Assembly: GCA_963782115.1 (NCBI GenBank) | Contig: CAWAIK010000001.1 | Coordinates: 608,001-672,000, forward strand | DNA from: an uncultured Verrucomicrobiae bacterium | GTDB taxonomy: Bacteria; Verrucomicrobiota; Verrucomicrobiia; Chthoniobacterales; JAFAMB01 | DNA length: 64,000 nucleotides | Direction: 5' to 3' | Shown here: piece by piece, positions 43,862 through 55,644 of the stretch | Position numbering within the stretch: position 1 is the stretch's first letter | How the letters are laid out: each line of letters begins with the position of its first letter | The notes under the pieces: generated by a model | Seen by the model: the letters and a program-made list of their open reading frames with translations, nothing else | Database searches by the model: none | What the model was told of the DNA's origin: nothing | Made by a program: the position numbers and the translations under genes

Positions 43862-45235
43862 TCAGTGATTAGTAGATGCGTTCCCATTTCCCTTCGTACC
43901 TGCAGTCGCAACGAACTCGTCCCGGAACTTGGCAACGAAACTTTGGGTAGGCCACGCGCAGGCTTCCCCGAATGCACAGATGGTTCGTCCGGCGATATTG
44001 TCCGCCACGCTCTTCAGCGTGTCCGTGTCTTCTTGAACGCCGCCTCCATGGAGCATTCGCTCGGTGATTTTCTTCATCCAGAGCGAACCTTCGCGGCAGG
44101 GTGTGCATTGTCCGCAGCTTTCGTGTGCATAGAACTCGTTGATGTTGTTCAGTGCCCAAACCATGTCCCGAGTGTCATCCATCACGATGATGCCTCCCGA
44201 CCCTGCCATCGAGCCGACAGCGGCCAAGGTATCGAAATCAAGCGGGACATCCTCGAGACCGATTTCGTTCGCTACCGTCGTGCCGTCCGGTCGTTTGGTT
44301 TTGATCTTGTAGCGATCCTTGGCGCTTAGCACTTTCGCGGAACTGCCTCCCGGAATAACCGCCTTGAGCGTTCGACCGGGCTTGAGGCCACCGCAGATAT
44401 CGTAGATCAATTCACCCATCGTGATCCCGCCGACCTCGAACTCGTAGTAGCCGGGTCGCTGGACGTCTCCGCTTACACAGAGCAGGCGAGTACCGGTATT
44501 ATTCGGTTTGCCGATCTTCGCGTATTCTGCGCCGCCGATTCGCACGATGTGCTTCACGTTGCAGAGTGTTTCCACGTTGTTGACAATGGTCGGACACAAA
44601 TACAAACCGAGCACTGCGGGAAAATAAGGCGGCTTGATGCGTGGATACGGGCGCTTTCCTTCCATCGATTCAATCAGGCCGGTTTCCTCGCCGCAAATGT
44701 AGGCGCCGGCACCGCGGAAAACATAAATGTCCAGGTCGAATCCCGATCCCAAAATATTCTTCCCCAGAAATCCGTGTTCCCTTGCCTCGGCGAGAGCTCG
44801 CTCGAGAATTTTTGCGCCTTCAGGAAACTCGCCGCGTATATAGATGTAGGCGAGGTGCGCGTTGACCGCGTAGCAGGAGATGATCATTCCCTCCAGCAAC
44901 TGATGGGGGTCCTGGTGAATGATATACCGGTCTTTGAATGTGCCAGGCTCAGACTCGTCCGCGTTGCAAATCAGATAAACCGGTTTTGATCCGCCCGGCT
45001 TGATAAATCCCCATTTCACTCCGCAGGGAAACCCGGCACCGCCTCGTCCTCGCAAACCGGAAACCTTGACCTCGTTCACGATCTCCTGGGGCGCCATCGT
45101 GAACGCTTTTTTCAGTTCATCGTAGCCGCCGTCCTCAAGATAGCAGTCAATATCAGTCGTCCAACCTGGACGATCAATATTCTTGAAGATGATCCGTTTT
45201 TCGCGCGGGTGCGGAGTGCGAGTAGTCGAGGCCAT
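43862..45235 (-). CDS. nuoF: NADH-quinone oxidoreductase subunit F
   Basis: GLRGRGGAGF, NADESEPGTFKD, GAYICGEET, ESCGQCTPCREG. Confidence 0.96.
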   Translation of the reverse strand: MASTTRTPHPREKRIIFKNIDRPGWTTDIDCYLEDGGYDELKKAFTMAPQEIVNEVKVSGLRGRGGAGFPCGVKWGFIKPGGSKPVYLICNADESEPGTFKDRYIIHQDPHQLLEGMIISCYAVNAHLAYIYIRGEFPEGAKILERALAEAREHGFLGKNILGSGFDLDIYVFRGAGAYICGEETGLIESMEGKRPYPRIKPPYFPAVLGLYLCPTIVNNVETLCNVKHIVRIGGAEYAKIGKPNNTGTRLLCVSGDVQRPGYYEFEVGGITMGELIYDICGGLKPGRTLKAVIPGGSSAKVLSAKDRYKIKTKRPDGTTVANEIGLEDVPLDFDTLAAVGSMAGSGGIIVMDDTRDMVWALNNINEFYAHESCGQCTPCREGSLWMKKITERMLHGGGVQEDTDTLKSVADNIAGRTICAFGEACAWPTQSFVAKFRDEFVATAGTKGNGNASTNH

Positions 45236-45237
45236 GG

Positions 45238-45734
45238 TTACTGATATTTTTCGAGCAATTGTGGAACTTCCTCTTGGGCCACCGCTTCGTAAAAATCATC
45301 GTTGATCATGCACACCGGCCCAAAGCCGCAACTGGCCAGGCATTCGACGAATTCGATGCTGTATTTCCCGTCCTCGCTCTTGAGCAGATGAGTGCCATGG
45401 CCGTTTTCCTGCCGCTTGATGCCAGCGTGTTTACAGAATGTGTCCAGGAGTTCGTAGCCGCCCGCCATCGCACACGAGAGCGTGCGGCAGACGCGGATAT
45501 GATGCTTTCCTGCGGGTTCCCGGCGAAACATCGGATAGAAAGTCACCAACTCCAGGACGTTGATTGGCTCGAGCCCTAGCTTCGCCGCGACCCAATGTGA
45601 TAGCGTCATCTTCGATATAGCCGGTATGTTCCTGTATCAGGTGAAGTAGCGGCAACGCGGCGCTGCGTTTGGAAACCGGGTAATGCGTGATCACCTCATC
45701 AATCCTGGCTTCGAAGTTCGGCCGGCAATTCCAT
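45238..45734 (-). CDS. nuoE: NADH-quinone oxidoreductase subunit E (frameshifted)
   Basis: RSAALPLLH..Q, VTFYPMF, VCRTLSC, ECLASC. Confidence 0.9.
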
Positions 45735-45736
45735 TT

Positions 45737-46030
45737 TCATTTCTCCTTCAATTTCTCAGGCTCGTTGATCAGACGCCCGTTCTGGAAGTGAAGGACAACC
45801 GTCTCACCATCATGAATGTAGAAATAGCGGGTAATGGCCATCGTCTTCTTCTGCGTTTCCAGTTCCAGGTCCACTTTCTCCGTCCTATCCGGATTTCCGA
45901 GAATCGACTCGACCTCCTTCTGGGTCATGTTGGTCCTTAGTTGTGCCAGATTTCGGTTCCCGAACTCTCTTTGGCAGCCGGTCATCATGAGAATTACGAC
46001 TACAACCAGAAGAAGCTCGCGCCATTGCAT
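45737..46030 (-). CDS. Small lipoprotein with SmpA/OmlA-like motif, inside the nuo operon
   Basis: Lipobox MTGC; MTQKEVESILGNPD; tight spacing with nuoD and nuoE. Confidence 0.75.
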   Translation of the reverse strand: MQWRELLLVVVVILMMTGCQREFGNRNLAQLRTNMTQKEVESILGNPDRTEKVDLELETQKKTMAITRYFYIHDGETVVLHFQNGRLINEPEKLKEK

Positions 46031-46032
46031 CT

Positions 46033-47287
46033 CTATCGGTCGGACTCGCCCATCACGAAATCCAGGCTGCCGAGAATCGCCACCACGTCACTCATCATAT
46101 GGCCGGGGAGAATCTTCGGCAGAATGCTCAGATTCACGAAAGATGGAGCCCGAATCTTTAACCGATGAGGCACACCGCCCCCTCGGCTGTTGATGTAAAA
46201 CCCGAGCTCGCCCTTCGGGTTTTCCGCACCGAAGTAAACTTCACCGGGCGGGGCGTTCACTCCTTCGGTGTGAATGATGAAATGGTGAATCAATTCCTCC
46301 ATTTTCATCAGGACTTTCGGCTTTTCCGGCGGCAGATTTTTTGGGTCCTGCACCGTTATCGGCCCGTCCGGCAATTTCGCGATCACTTGACGCAGGATAT
46401 GGACGCTTTGACGCATTTCTTCGAGCCGTACGAGATAGCGGTCGTAGGCGTCACCGACAGCGCCGACGGGGATATCGAAATCGTAATTCTGATAGTCAAG
46501 GTAGGGCCGGGCTTTTCGAACGTCGTAGTCAATTCCGCTTCCGCGAATGTTTGGACCAGTCAGCCCATACGAAATAGCGTCTTCTTTGGAGATGTGGCCG
46601 AGATCTTTGGTGCGATCGACCCAGATGCGATTTCGCGTCAGAAGCTTATCGAGCTCGTTCAATTGCGGGATGAATTGATCCAGAAAAGTTTTCAATGCGG
46701 CAATGAATCCGTCCGGCAAATCGCGCGTCATGCCGCCAACTCGCGTGTAAGAAGTGGTGAACCGGGCGCCCGGTCAGCAGTTCAATCAAATTGTAAAGTT
46801 TTTCGCGCTCGGTGAACGTGTAAAGAAAAACCGTGGTTGCTCCGACATCCATTGCAAATGCCCCGAGCCCCAGGAGATGAGCTGAGATGCGCGCTATTTC
46901 GCAGCAGATCACCCGGATTGCCTTCCCGCGCGGGGGCAATTCCCAGCCCATCAGTTTTTCAACCGCGAGAGTGTACGCGACATTATTTGCCAGCGGGGCA
47001 AGATAATCCAGCCGATCTGTATAAGGAACAAACTGGTTGTACTGCATGTTTTCCGCAATTTTTTCATCCCCGCGATGCAGGTAACCGACGTCCGGATCAG
47101 CGGAGGTGATGATTTCTCCATCCAGTTCAAGCACAATACGAAGAACGCCATGGGTAGCGGGATGAGAAGGCCCCATGTTGAGCGTCAATTTCTCGCCCAG
47201 CAATTCGGAGTCACTGATTGCCTCCAGCGATCTGGCAGCCCGAGCTAGCGTATCAGGTGTTTCGACGTCGCGAGTGGTGATTGCCAT
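46033..47287 (-). CDS. nuoD: NADH-quinone oxidoreductase subunit D (frameshift near 46770)
   Basis: NMGPSHPATHGVLR, GYLHRG.EK, DRLDY, ENPKGELG, DFVMGESDR. Confidence 0.95.
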
Positions 47288-47347
47288 AACGAAAAAACAG
47301 CGGCCACGTGAACATAGGTTTTTACCGTTTAGGCTCGCAAGAGTAAT

Positions 47348-47365
47348 TTGTGAAATAATTCACAA
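47348..47365. promoter_or_regulatory. Rex operator TTGTGAA-ATAA-TTCACAA
   Basis: Exact match to the established Rex consensus TTGTGAA-N4-TTCACAA, between divergent nuoD and ndh. Confidence 0.8.
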
Positions 47366-47588
47366 GCTCTGCCAGTGGAATGCGCAATTTGCAGGATCGC
47401 CGATTCCCTGCTGAGCGTCGTTTGGGATGAACCTGCTGGTAGCATCCTTCATAAACCTCCAGGGATTTGTGAGCGATCAGGCTAGGGTTGTTAATCGAGA
47501 GAATTTGCCGCTTTTTGTTTCTTTCTCGCGACAAAGCTAGTAGAAAGCGACCGAGACCCCAGCTCAAAAACAAGGAGGAGAAAATTTA

Positions 47589-48911
47589 ATGGAACCCCCC
47601 GCTCAAAGTACGAGTAAAAATCCGAAGGTCGTAATTATTGGCGGCGGCTTCGGCGGATTGTACGCCGCCAGAGTACTGACCAACCAGCCGGTTGATGTCA
47701 CATTGATCGATCGCACGAATCACCACTTGTTTCAGCCTTTGCTATACCAAGTAGCGACCGCCATGCTTTCCCCAGCGGACATTGCGCAACCGATAAGAGC
47801 CATCTTAAGGGATGCGAAAAATATTCGCGTGGTGATGGGTCGGGTTGACTCAATCGATACCTCGGCAAAAGTAGTGCACACCTTCGGGTCACAATATCCA
47901 TTCGAATACCTGATTCTTGCTACGGGTGCGCGTCACTCCTATTTTGGGAACGATCATTGGGAGGCGTTTGCGCCTGGTTTGAAAAATCTCTCTGATGCGC
48001 TGGAGTTGCGCCGCCGCATCTTGAATTCGTTCGAGATAGCCGAAACTACGTCGGATCCTGAGATCCAACGTGCCGCGATGACTTTTGTCATAATCGGAGC
48101 CGGCCCGACAGGAGTTGAAATGGCAGGGTCCATTTCGGAGCTCGCGAAACGAACGATTGTGCATGATTTTCGAAATATTCATACCCAGCGGGCGCGGATC
48201 GTGTTGATCGATGCGGCTCCAAAGGTCTTGCCGATGTTCGACGACACACTTTGCGTCTCGGCTCTCAAGCAGCTTGATAAGCTGGATATTGAGGTGAAAG
48301 TCGCCACGAAAGTGCTGGGCGTTACCGGCGAAGGCGTTCAACTCGAAACCGAGTTTATCCGTGCTCGTACGGTTGTCTGGGCCGCCGGCAATGCGGCGTC
48401 GCCTTTGGCAAAGCAATTGGGGGAAACCGATCGTCAGGGCCGGATCATTGTCAATGCAGACCTCAGTGTTCCGTCTCATCCCGAGATTTTTGCCATTGGG
48501 GATGTCGCCAATTTTTCGCACCAAGGCGGGAAGCCGCTTCCAGGGATTGCCCCATTCGCGATGCAAACAGGAGAACAAGCTGCTCGCAACATTCTTACCA
48601 AAGCCATGGGGAATCCTGCGAAAACATTCAAGTATTGGGATAAAGGGAGCATGGCCACGATCGGTCGAAACAAAGCAATTGCCGATCTTAAGGTGGTCAA
48701 GTTAAGTGGATTTCTGGCCTGGCTGAGCTGGCTGCTCATTCACTTGCTTTTCATCGTTGAGCTCCGAAATCGGATCCTCATCTTCTTCCAGTGGGCCTGG
48801 AGTTATATCACTTACAGCCATGGCGCCCGCCTAAGCTATAGAGCATTTCGCCCTGTGGTACTTCCAAAGGAAGGGGAAGCGAAGCGTGCCACTGCCGAAG
48901 AGCTTCTGTGA
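47589..48911 (+). CDS. ndh: Type II NADH dehydrogenase
   Basis: IIGGGFGG, HLFQPLLYQVAT, GAGPTGVEMAG, DKGSMATIGR. Confidence 0.92.
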   Translation: MEPPAQSTSKNPKVVIIGGGFGGLYAARVLTNQPVDVTLIDRTNHHLFQPLLYQVATAMLSPADIAQPIRAILRDAKNIRVVMGRVDSIDTSAKVVHTFGSQYPFEYLILATGARHSYFGNDHWEAFAPGLKNLSDALELRRRILNSFEIAETTSDPEIQRAAMTFVIIGAGPTGVEMAGSISELAKRTIVHDFRNIHTQRARIVLIDAAPKVLPMFDDTLCVSALKQLDKLDIEVKVATKVLGVTGEGVQLETEFIRARTVVWAAGNAASPLAKQLGETDRQGRIIVNADLSVPSHPEIFAIGDVANFSHQGGKPLPGIAPFAMQTGEQAARNILTKAMGNPAKTFKYWDKGSMATIGRNKAIADLKVVKLSGFLAWLSWLLIHLLFIVELRNRILIFFQWAWSYITYSHGARLSYRAFRPVVLPKEGEAKRATAEELL

Positions 48912-48929
48912 TCGCTGCGTGAGACGATA

Positions 48930-49406
48930 ATGATGGAGTGGTCGTCGTGGCAACCGAGGGAATTGGCGACCTTGTGTTTTGTCCGCGACAATGGACGGAT
49001 CCTGATGATCCGGAAAAAGCGTGGACTGGGAGCCGGGAAAATAAACGGAGTCGGCGGAAGGCTAGAGCGTGGTGAACTGCCTTTGGCAGGAATCCTTCGG
49101 GAAGCACAGGAAGAACTAGGAATTACCCTGATCGATCCCAAAAAGCAGGGCGAACTGCATTTTCAATTTCTGGACGGTTACAGTCTTTTCTGCACCGTAT
49201 TCGTCGCCTCCCGTTTTGATGGCACGCCAATCGAAACGGAAGAGGCTGTGCCGCTCTGGTTCGATATCCGTCAGCTCCCGTTCAAAGAGATGTGGGAGGA
49301 CGACGAGCTCTGGCTGCCCCAGGCCCTCGAGGGTAAATCTTTCCGCGGTTTCTTTGTATTCGACGGAGAAAAGATGCTGAGCAATCAACTGGAGTGGGAG
49401 AGCTAG
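48930..49406 (+). CDS. NUDIX hydrolase (8-oxo-dGTPase, NUDT1/MTH1-like)
   Basis: KKRGLGAGK.NG.GG..E, REAQEELG, MWEDD. Confidence 0.88.
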   Translation: MMEWSSWQPRELATLCFVRDNGRILMIRKKRGLGAGKINGVGGRLERGELPLAGILREAQEELGITLIDPKKQGELHFQFLDGYSLFCTVFVASRFDGTPIETEEAVPLWFDIRQLPFKEMWEDDELWLPQALEGKSFRGFFVFDGEKMLSNQLEWES

Positions 49407-49419
49407 GAGGCTGTTACCT

Positions 49420-50303
49420 TTGCATTTGACGCGATTGGCGACTATTCCTTTCGCAACCGTGTTCGACTACATCCAGCGCATTCTGAAATTCATCCGGTTC
49501 TCCCACACCATCTTTGCGCTGCCATTTGCCGCAGGATCGATGATTGTTGCCGCGCACGGTTTTCCGAGCATGCGGATCGTTCTGCTCATTCTTCTCGCCA
49601 TGGTCTTCGCCCGGACAGCGGCCATGGCGTTCAACCGGGTGGCAGACTGGGAAATTGACAAGGAAAACCCGCGCACCGCCGGACGGCACAAGCTGGTTTC
49701 CAAGCGGGTGGGTTGGTTACTGGTCATTGTTCCGTCTGCCTGTATTTATCCTGGTCAGCTGGCTGATCAATCCGCTCTGTTTCGCGCTCTCGCCGGTCGC
49801 GCTGGCGATTATATTTTTTTATTCGCTGACCAAACGTTTTACCTCGTTCACCCAATTTTTTCTTGGAGCTGGCTTTGGCGGTCTCACCGGTCGGCGCATG
49901 GTTGGCGGTCAAAGGTCAGTTCGCTTTTCCTCCGCTGGTGTTGGCCTTTGGGGTCATGTTTTGGCTGGTCGGATTTGACCTGATCTACGCGATCCAGGAT
50001 TACGATTTCGATAAGCGCAAAGGGTTGGGTTCGATGGTGGTGAAGTTTGGGATCCCGGGTAGTCTGCGATTGGCTCAGGTCATGCACGGAATTCTGTTCA
50101 TCTGCCTGATACTGTTCGGTTTGGTGAGTGGTCTGGGCGCGATTTACCATGCGGCGCTGGTCCTGGTTTTAGGCGCCTTGATTTACGAGCATCGCGCAGC
50201 GGCGCAGTTGGACATTGCGGGCATCAACAAGGCATTCTTTCAGAGCAACGCCTTCGTGAGCCTGGTATTTGTTCTGGCGGTCACTGCGGATGTATTCGCG
50301 TAG
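49420..50303 (+). CDS. UbiA-like polyprenyltransferase (frameshifted)
   Basis: HTIFALPFA, ARTAAMAFNR..D...D.ENPRT, GFDLIYAIQD. Confidence 0.88.
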
Positions 50304-50430
50304 GGGCGAAAAACTGCTCTCCCGCCAAAGCGCGGGTGTGTTCGCATCTCATCCATCAATCCATCAAGATAGATCAATCTATTCATTGCGGGTCCCGTTC
50401 CCTGATGCTAGGTTCTCCGCTCGATCGCCT

Positions 50431-53400
50431 ATGGCCAGCCACCTCCAAAAAGCCCCTTCTTTTGATATCGTTGAAGCTCTTGACCAGCGGATTCTCATCC
50501 TGGACGGAGCCATGGGAACCATGGTCCAGCAGTTCAAACTCCAGGAGGACGATTATCGTGGGAACTTTATTCGCGAGTCATCCCACCTATCTAAAAAACA
50601 ACAACGACGTCCTCTGCCTCACGCGGCCCGAGATCATCGCGACAGATTCACCGCCAATATCTTGAAGCAGGCGCCGATATCATCGAGACGAATACCTTTA
50701 ACGCGACGTCGATTTCCCAGGCAGATTTCGGATTGGAAGAATATGTCCCTGAGATGAACCGCGTCGCTGCGCGCTTGGCCAGGGAAGCGGTTGCGCAGGT
50801 GATGGCAAGCGACCCGAGCGCAGAAACGGTATGTCGCCGGGGCGATCGGGCCTTTGAGTCGCACTCTTTCGATTTCGCGCGATGTGAATGATCCCGGCAA
50901 ACGGGAGGTCACCTGGGAACAGGTCAAGAATGCTTACCAGGAACAGGTTGCTGCTCTGATCGAAGGCGGAGTCGATTTGTTGCTCGTGGAGACGACATTC
51001 GACACGCTGAATCTCAAGGCGGCGCTATTCGCCATTGAGGAGCATTTCGAAAAGTTGGGATATCGCTTGCCAGTGATGGCGTCAGGGACGATCACGGACG
51101 CCAGCGGACGGACATTGACCGGCCAGACCACTGAAGCTTTTTGGATTTCGATCTCTCATGCGCCGCTGCTCAGCGTTGGGCTCAACTGCGCTCTTGGTCC
51201 GAAAGAACTGCGGCCATACATCGAGGAACTAGCGCGCATCGCGCCGATCTACGTTTTCTGCTATCCAAACGCTGGTTTGCCTGATCCTTTGTCTCCGACC
51301 GGTTTCCCGGAGACGCCCGGAGACGCTTGCGCCCCAACTCCAGGAATGGGCGGAACTTGGATGGTTAAACATCGTCGGCGGTTGTTGCGGGACGACTCCG
51401 GCCCACATTGCGGCGATCGCAAAGGTCGTAAAGGGTCTTCCCCCGCGCAAGGTGCCTGTTCTGCCTCGGACGACCCAGTTCAGCGGCCTTGAACCCTACA
51501 AGCTCGGGCTGGGTTTCAGCGTTATTGGGGAACGGACAAACATTACCGGGTCCCCTAAATTCTCGAAACTGATTTTGGCCGGAGACTTCGACGGTGCATT
51601 GGCCGTTGCTCGTCAACAGGTGGAAGGGGGAGCCAACCTGATCGACATCAACATGGACGAGGGGATGATCGATTCCGAGGCGGCGATGGTGAAGTTCCTT
51701 AATCTGATCGCTGCGGAACCTGACATCTCCCGGGTGCCGATCATGATCGATAGCTCCCGTGGGAGCGTACTGGAGGCTGGTCTGCGCTGTATTCAGGGAA
51801 AAGGGATCGTCAATTCGATCAGTCTGAAAGAGGGAGAAGAAAAATTCAAAAACACATGCTCGCCTGGTCCGTCGTTACGGCGCGGCCGTGGTGGTGATGG
51901 CCTTCGACGAGCAAGGTCAGGCGGACAATCTTGCCCGAAGAAAAGAGATCTGTGCCCGAGCTTATCGAATATTAACAGAAGAGGTTGGGTTTCCTCCGGA
52001 GGATATCGTCTTTGATCCGAATATCCTGACCGTCGCGACAGGCATGGAGGAACACAATAACTACGCGGTGGATTTCATCGCGGCAGTGCGCTGGATAAAG
52101 GAAAATTTGCCCTTTGCGCGCGTCAGCGGCGGGGTGAGCAATATCTCGTTCTCGTTTCGGGGAAACAACGTTGTGCGGGAGGCGATGCATGCTGCGTTCC
52201 TCTACCATGCGATCAACGCAGGGCTGGATATGGGGATAGTCAATGCCGGCCAGTTGGCTGTGTACGAGGAGATTCCAAAGGATCTGCTCGAGTTGGTGGA
52301 GGATGTTCTTCTGAACCGGCGTCCCGACGCCACGGAACGGCTTGTGGACTTTGCGGAGAAAGTCAAATCTTCGGCGAAGGTTCCAGTGAAAGACGAGGCC
52401 TGGCGATCGGTTCCAGTCGAGGAACGATTGTCGCATGCGCTCGTTAAAGGGATCGTTGATTTCATCGAACAGGATACCGAGGAAGCCCGGCTCAAATACG
52501 GCAGACCGTTGGCGGTGATCGAAGGGCCTCTGATGTCAGGGATGAGCATCGTCGGTGATTTGTTCGGGGCTGGTAAGATGTTCTTGCCCCAGGTCGTCAA
52601 AAGCGCGCGGGTGATGAAGAAGTCTGTTGCGTTTCTTACCCCTTTCATGGAGGCGGAACGCGCGTCCCAGGTTAATCCGCGGGCGCAGGGCAAGATCCTC
52701 ATGGCGACGGTCAAAGGCGATGTCCACGACATCGGGAAGAACATCGTCGGGGTCGTTCTCGCCTGTAACAATTACGAGGTGATTGATTTGGGCGTGATGG
52801 TTCCGGCCGAAAAGATTCTGGAAACCGCGAAGGCCCAGTCCGTCGATGTGATCGGGCTCAGCGGGCTGATCACCCCTTCACTCGATGAGATGGTTCATAT
52901 GGCTCAGGAAATGGAGCGGCTCGATTTTGAACTTGCCGTTGTTAATCGGCGGAGCCACCACGAGCCGGGCGCATACGGCGGTGAAGATCGCTCCCCATTA
53001 CAGTGGGCCTACCGTCCATGTCCTCGATGCTTCGCGCGCAGTTGGTGTCGTCAGTGCGTTGATCAGCGACGATCAGAAACCTGGGTTCGTCGGCAAAAAC
53101 AGTCGACGACCAGCAGCGTTTGCGCGAAGAATACGCCAACAGAAACGCGGATAAGAAATTGATCTCGATCGGAGACGCGCGCCAACGCAGGACTCCTATC
53201 GATTGGGCAACGACCCAAATTGATGTGCCCGAATTCATTGGACGTCGAGTGATCTCGACGCAGTCGCTTGATGAATTGGTCCATTACATCGATTGGTCGC
53301 CGTTCTTTCATACCTGGGAATTACGAGGGCGCTTTCCGAAGATTTTCGATGATCCGGAAGTCGGAGAACAGGCCCGGCAATTGTTTGAGGACGCGCAGAA

Positions 53401-54158
53401 ACTGCTCCAGGATATCGTGAAAGGGAAGCTGTTCACCGCCAAGGGCGTTTACGGATTTTGGCCGGCTAACAGCGTCGGTGACGATATTGAGTTGTATACG
53501 GACGAGTCGCGTTCGGAAGTGCTGACGACCTTTCATATGCTGCGCCAGCAAATGGCCAAACCGGCGGATCAGTATAACCATTCACTCTCCGATTACATTG
53601 CTCCGCGGGAATCAGGCCGCGCGGATTATCTTGGAGCGTTCGCGGTGACTGCCGGGCATGGCGCAGACGAATTGGCGAAACAATTTGAAGCTCGATCATG
53701 ACGACTATAACAGCATCATGGCAAAGGCCCTGGCAGACCGGCTCGCCGAAGCGTTTGCCGAATTCCTGCATGAACGCGTCCGCTTGGAATGGGGATACGG
53801 GAAACAGGAGCATCTCTCGAAAGAAGATTTACTCCGGGAAGCTTATCGAGGCATCCGGCCGGCGGCTGGTTACCCGGCATGCCCGGACCATACCGAAAAA
53901 CAGATTCTGTTTGACCTGCTCGCGGCAGAAGAAAATGCGAAGATCCAATTGACGGAGAGCTTCGCGATGTGGCCCGGCGCGTCGGTGAGCGGACTTTATT
54001 TTGGTCATCCGGACGCAAAATATTTCGGCGTGGGAAAAATCGACAGGGACCAGGTGCTGGATTATCAGCAGCGGAAAGAAATGCCGCTCGAAGAAGTCGA
54101 ACGCTGGCTGGGACCTTACCTGACCTACGAGCCGGCGCGAACCGTGTTGGTGCGATGA
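50431..54158 (+). CDS. metH: Cobalamin-dependent methionine synthase (several frameshifts)
   Basis: [49 protein letters not shown]. Confidence 0.95.
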
Positions 54159-54183
54159 GGGCAAATTCCGACAGGCCTCGGCC

Positions 54184-54942
54184 TTAATAGAAAGCGCCCG
54201 ACTGAGCCTGGTCTTGAAACGAATCCACAAATTTGTCAATTTCTCCGCCGCCTAACTTCGAGACGAGAATATAGTTGCACTCTGCATTGCTCCAGGCGCA
54301 GACATGGTATCCCTCGATGAAATGATCGCCCTGCGGCAGGTGTTCCTTCTTTGGCGGCCAGCAAAACAGGGTAATTACGTCGTTAGCCTTTTTATAAACA
54401 ACTGTCGCGACCGGGCGGCCTTGGATCACATCTGCCCTTCCTCCAAGGAGGGAGTACTCTGGCGAAGGGAAACCAACCACCGGCGCAGAAAAATTGAGTT
54501 TCGCGGTCAACCAAGACTTTACAATCTTCGGGTTGGCGGAGGTAACGTCTACCAGATGATCTGTGGAGATCGAGCGGGAATGAAGTAAAACTGCCTGGCG
54601 GGAAACCTCTTTTCCTACGTCCGGAAAAAGGATGTTCAAGGCCAAAGACAAACCCAGAACGAACAATGCGGCGGCATAAACCCCAGGCCGACGCAAAAAC
54701 GCAAATGTCTGCTCCGCCTTCTCCCGCCTCACCGCAGCCAAAACTTTAGTCCTAAGCTGAGAAGGCGCTTTATCCGTTGGGGCGATGGCCTTGAAGAAGA
54801 TCCGCAATTCCTGTCGTTCCTGTGCGAGAGACCAGCACGACGGGCAAAGGCTCAAATGCTCCTCCAGATTGCGGCCCGGGCTTCGTTCGAGCTCGCTATC
54901 CAAGTAGGCATCAAGAAGGCCTCTGGCTTGTTCGCAGTCCAT
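54184..54942 (-). CDS. Transmembrane anti-sigma factor (zf-HC2)
   Basis: MDC...YLD.EL...HLSLCPSC, TM helix, LLGGR. Confidence 0.85.
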   Translation of the reverse strand: MDCEQARGLLDAYLDSELERSPGRNLEEHLSLCPSCWSLAQERQELRIFFKAIAPTDKAPSQLRTKVLAAVRREKAEQTFAFLRRPGVYAAALFVLGLSLALNILFPDVGKEVSRQAVLLHSRSISTDHLVDVTSANPKIVKSWLTAKLNFSAPVVGFPSPEYSLLGGRADVIQGRPVATVVYKKANDVITLFCWPPKKEHLPQGDHFIEGYHVCAWSNAECNYILVSKLGGGEIDKFVDSFQDQAQSGAFY

Positions 54943-54945
54943 CTT

Positions 54946-55458
54946 TCAATTCCTTCTTTGAAGCCCCGCTAATTCCTGCTGCAGGCGCTGACGGGCCTGG
55001 CTTAACCGGCACATCACCGTGTCTGATGGCACTTTCAGTGTCGAAGCCAACACCTTGTACGACCATCCTTCGATCTCACGCAGGAACAAAATCTCCCGCA
55101 TTTCGACTGGCAATCTCTTCAATGCTTCGTCGAGTTGTTGTACCTTTCCTTCGCGGGGGAGTTCGGGCGCCGGCCGGCCCGTCGTTCCGGCGCGAACAGC
55201 TGGGTCTAACGGCATCTTGTAAGATTGGTGGTCATGCTTCTCGAGCCAGCGGTAGGCGGCTTTCCGGACGATTGCTAATAGCCAGGCTCGAGCGTTGTCT
55301 TCGCGAAATCGTTTAAACTCCTTGAGTGCTCGAACGTAAGCCTCTTGAACGACATCCTGCGCGTCTTCGTCTCTTCCGACTAGCAAGAGGGCGAGATTGT
55401 ACGCAGCGTCCAAGTGAGGCAGGCATAGCTCTTCAAAAACGGACAGCGTTCGTTCCAT
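54946..55458 (-). CDS. ECF sigma-70 factor
   Basis: LPHLDAAYNLA, AQDVVQEAY, LREIEGWSY. Confidence 0.9.
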   Translation of the reverse strand: MERTLSVFEELCLPHLDAAYNLALLLVGRDEDAQDVVQEAYVRALKEFKRFREDNARAWLLAIVRKAAYRWLEKHDHQSYKMPLDPAVRAGTTGRPAPELPREGKVQQLDEALKRLPVEMREILFLREIEGWSYKVLASTLKVPSDTVMCRLSQARQRLQQELAGLQRRN

Positions 55459-55500
55459 CTGGATGGCGAGCGGATTGCGGACTGGTCGTCTCTCTGATGT

Positions 55501-55526
55501 AGACCAGGGATGACGCGGTTTATTCC
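55501..55526 (-). promoter_or_regulatory. Putative autoregulatory ECF promoter GGAATAAA-N14-GTCT
   Basis: ECF-type -35/-10 motif ~45 bp upstream of the sigma ATG. Confidence 0.5.
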
Positions 55527-55644
55527 GAAGAAATATAGAATTATTTTCCCAGATCGATGCGGAAATGGCGCTCTCAGCAATTGAACCGGGACCAGGGTGT
55601 CGCCTCTTTTCCAGGTTTTTTCAGCAATTCGGGCCAAATTTCGG

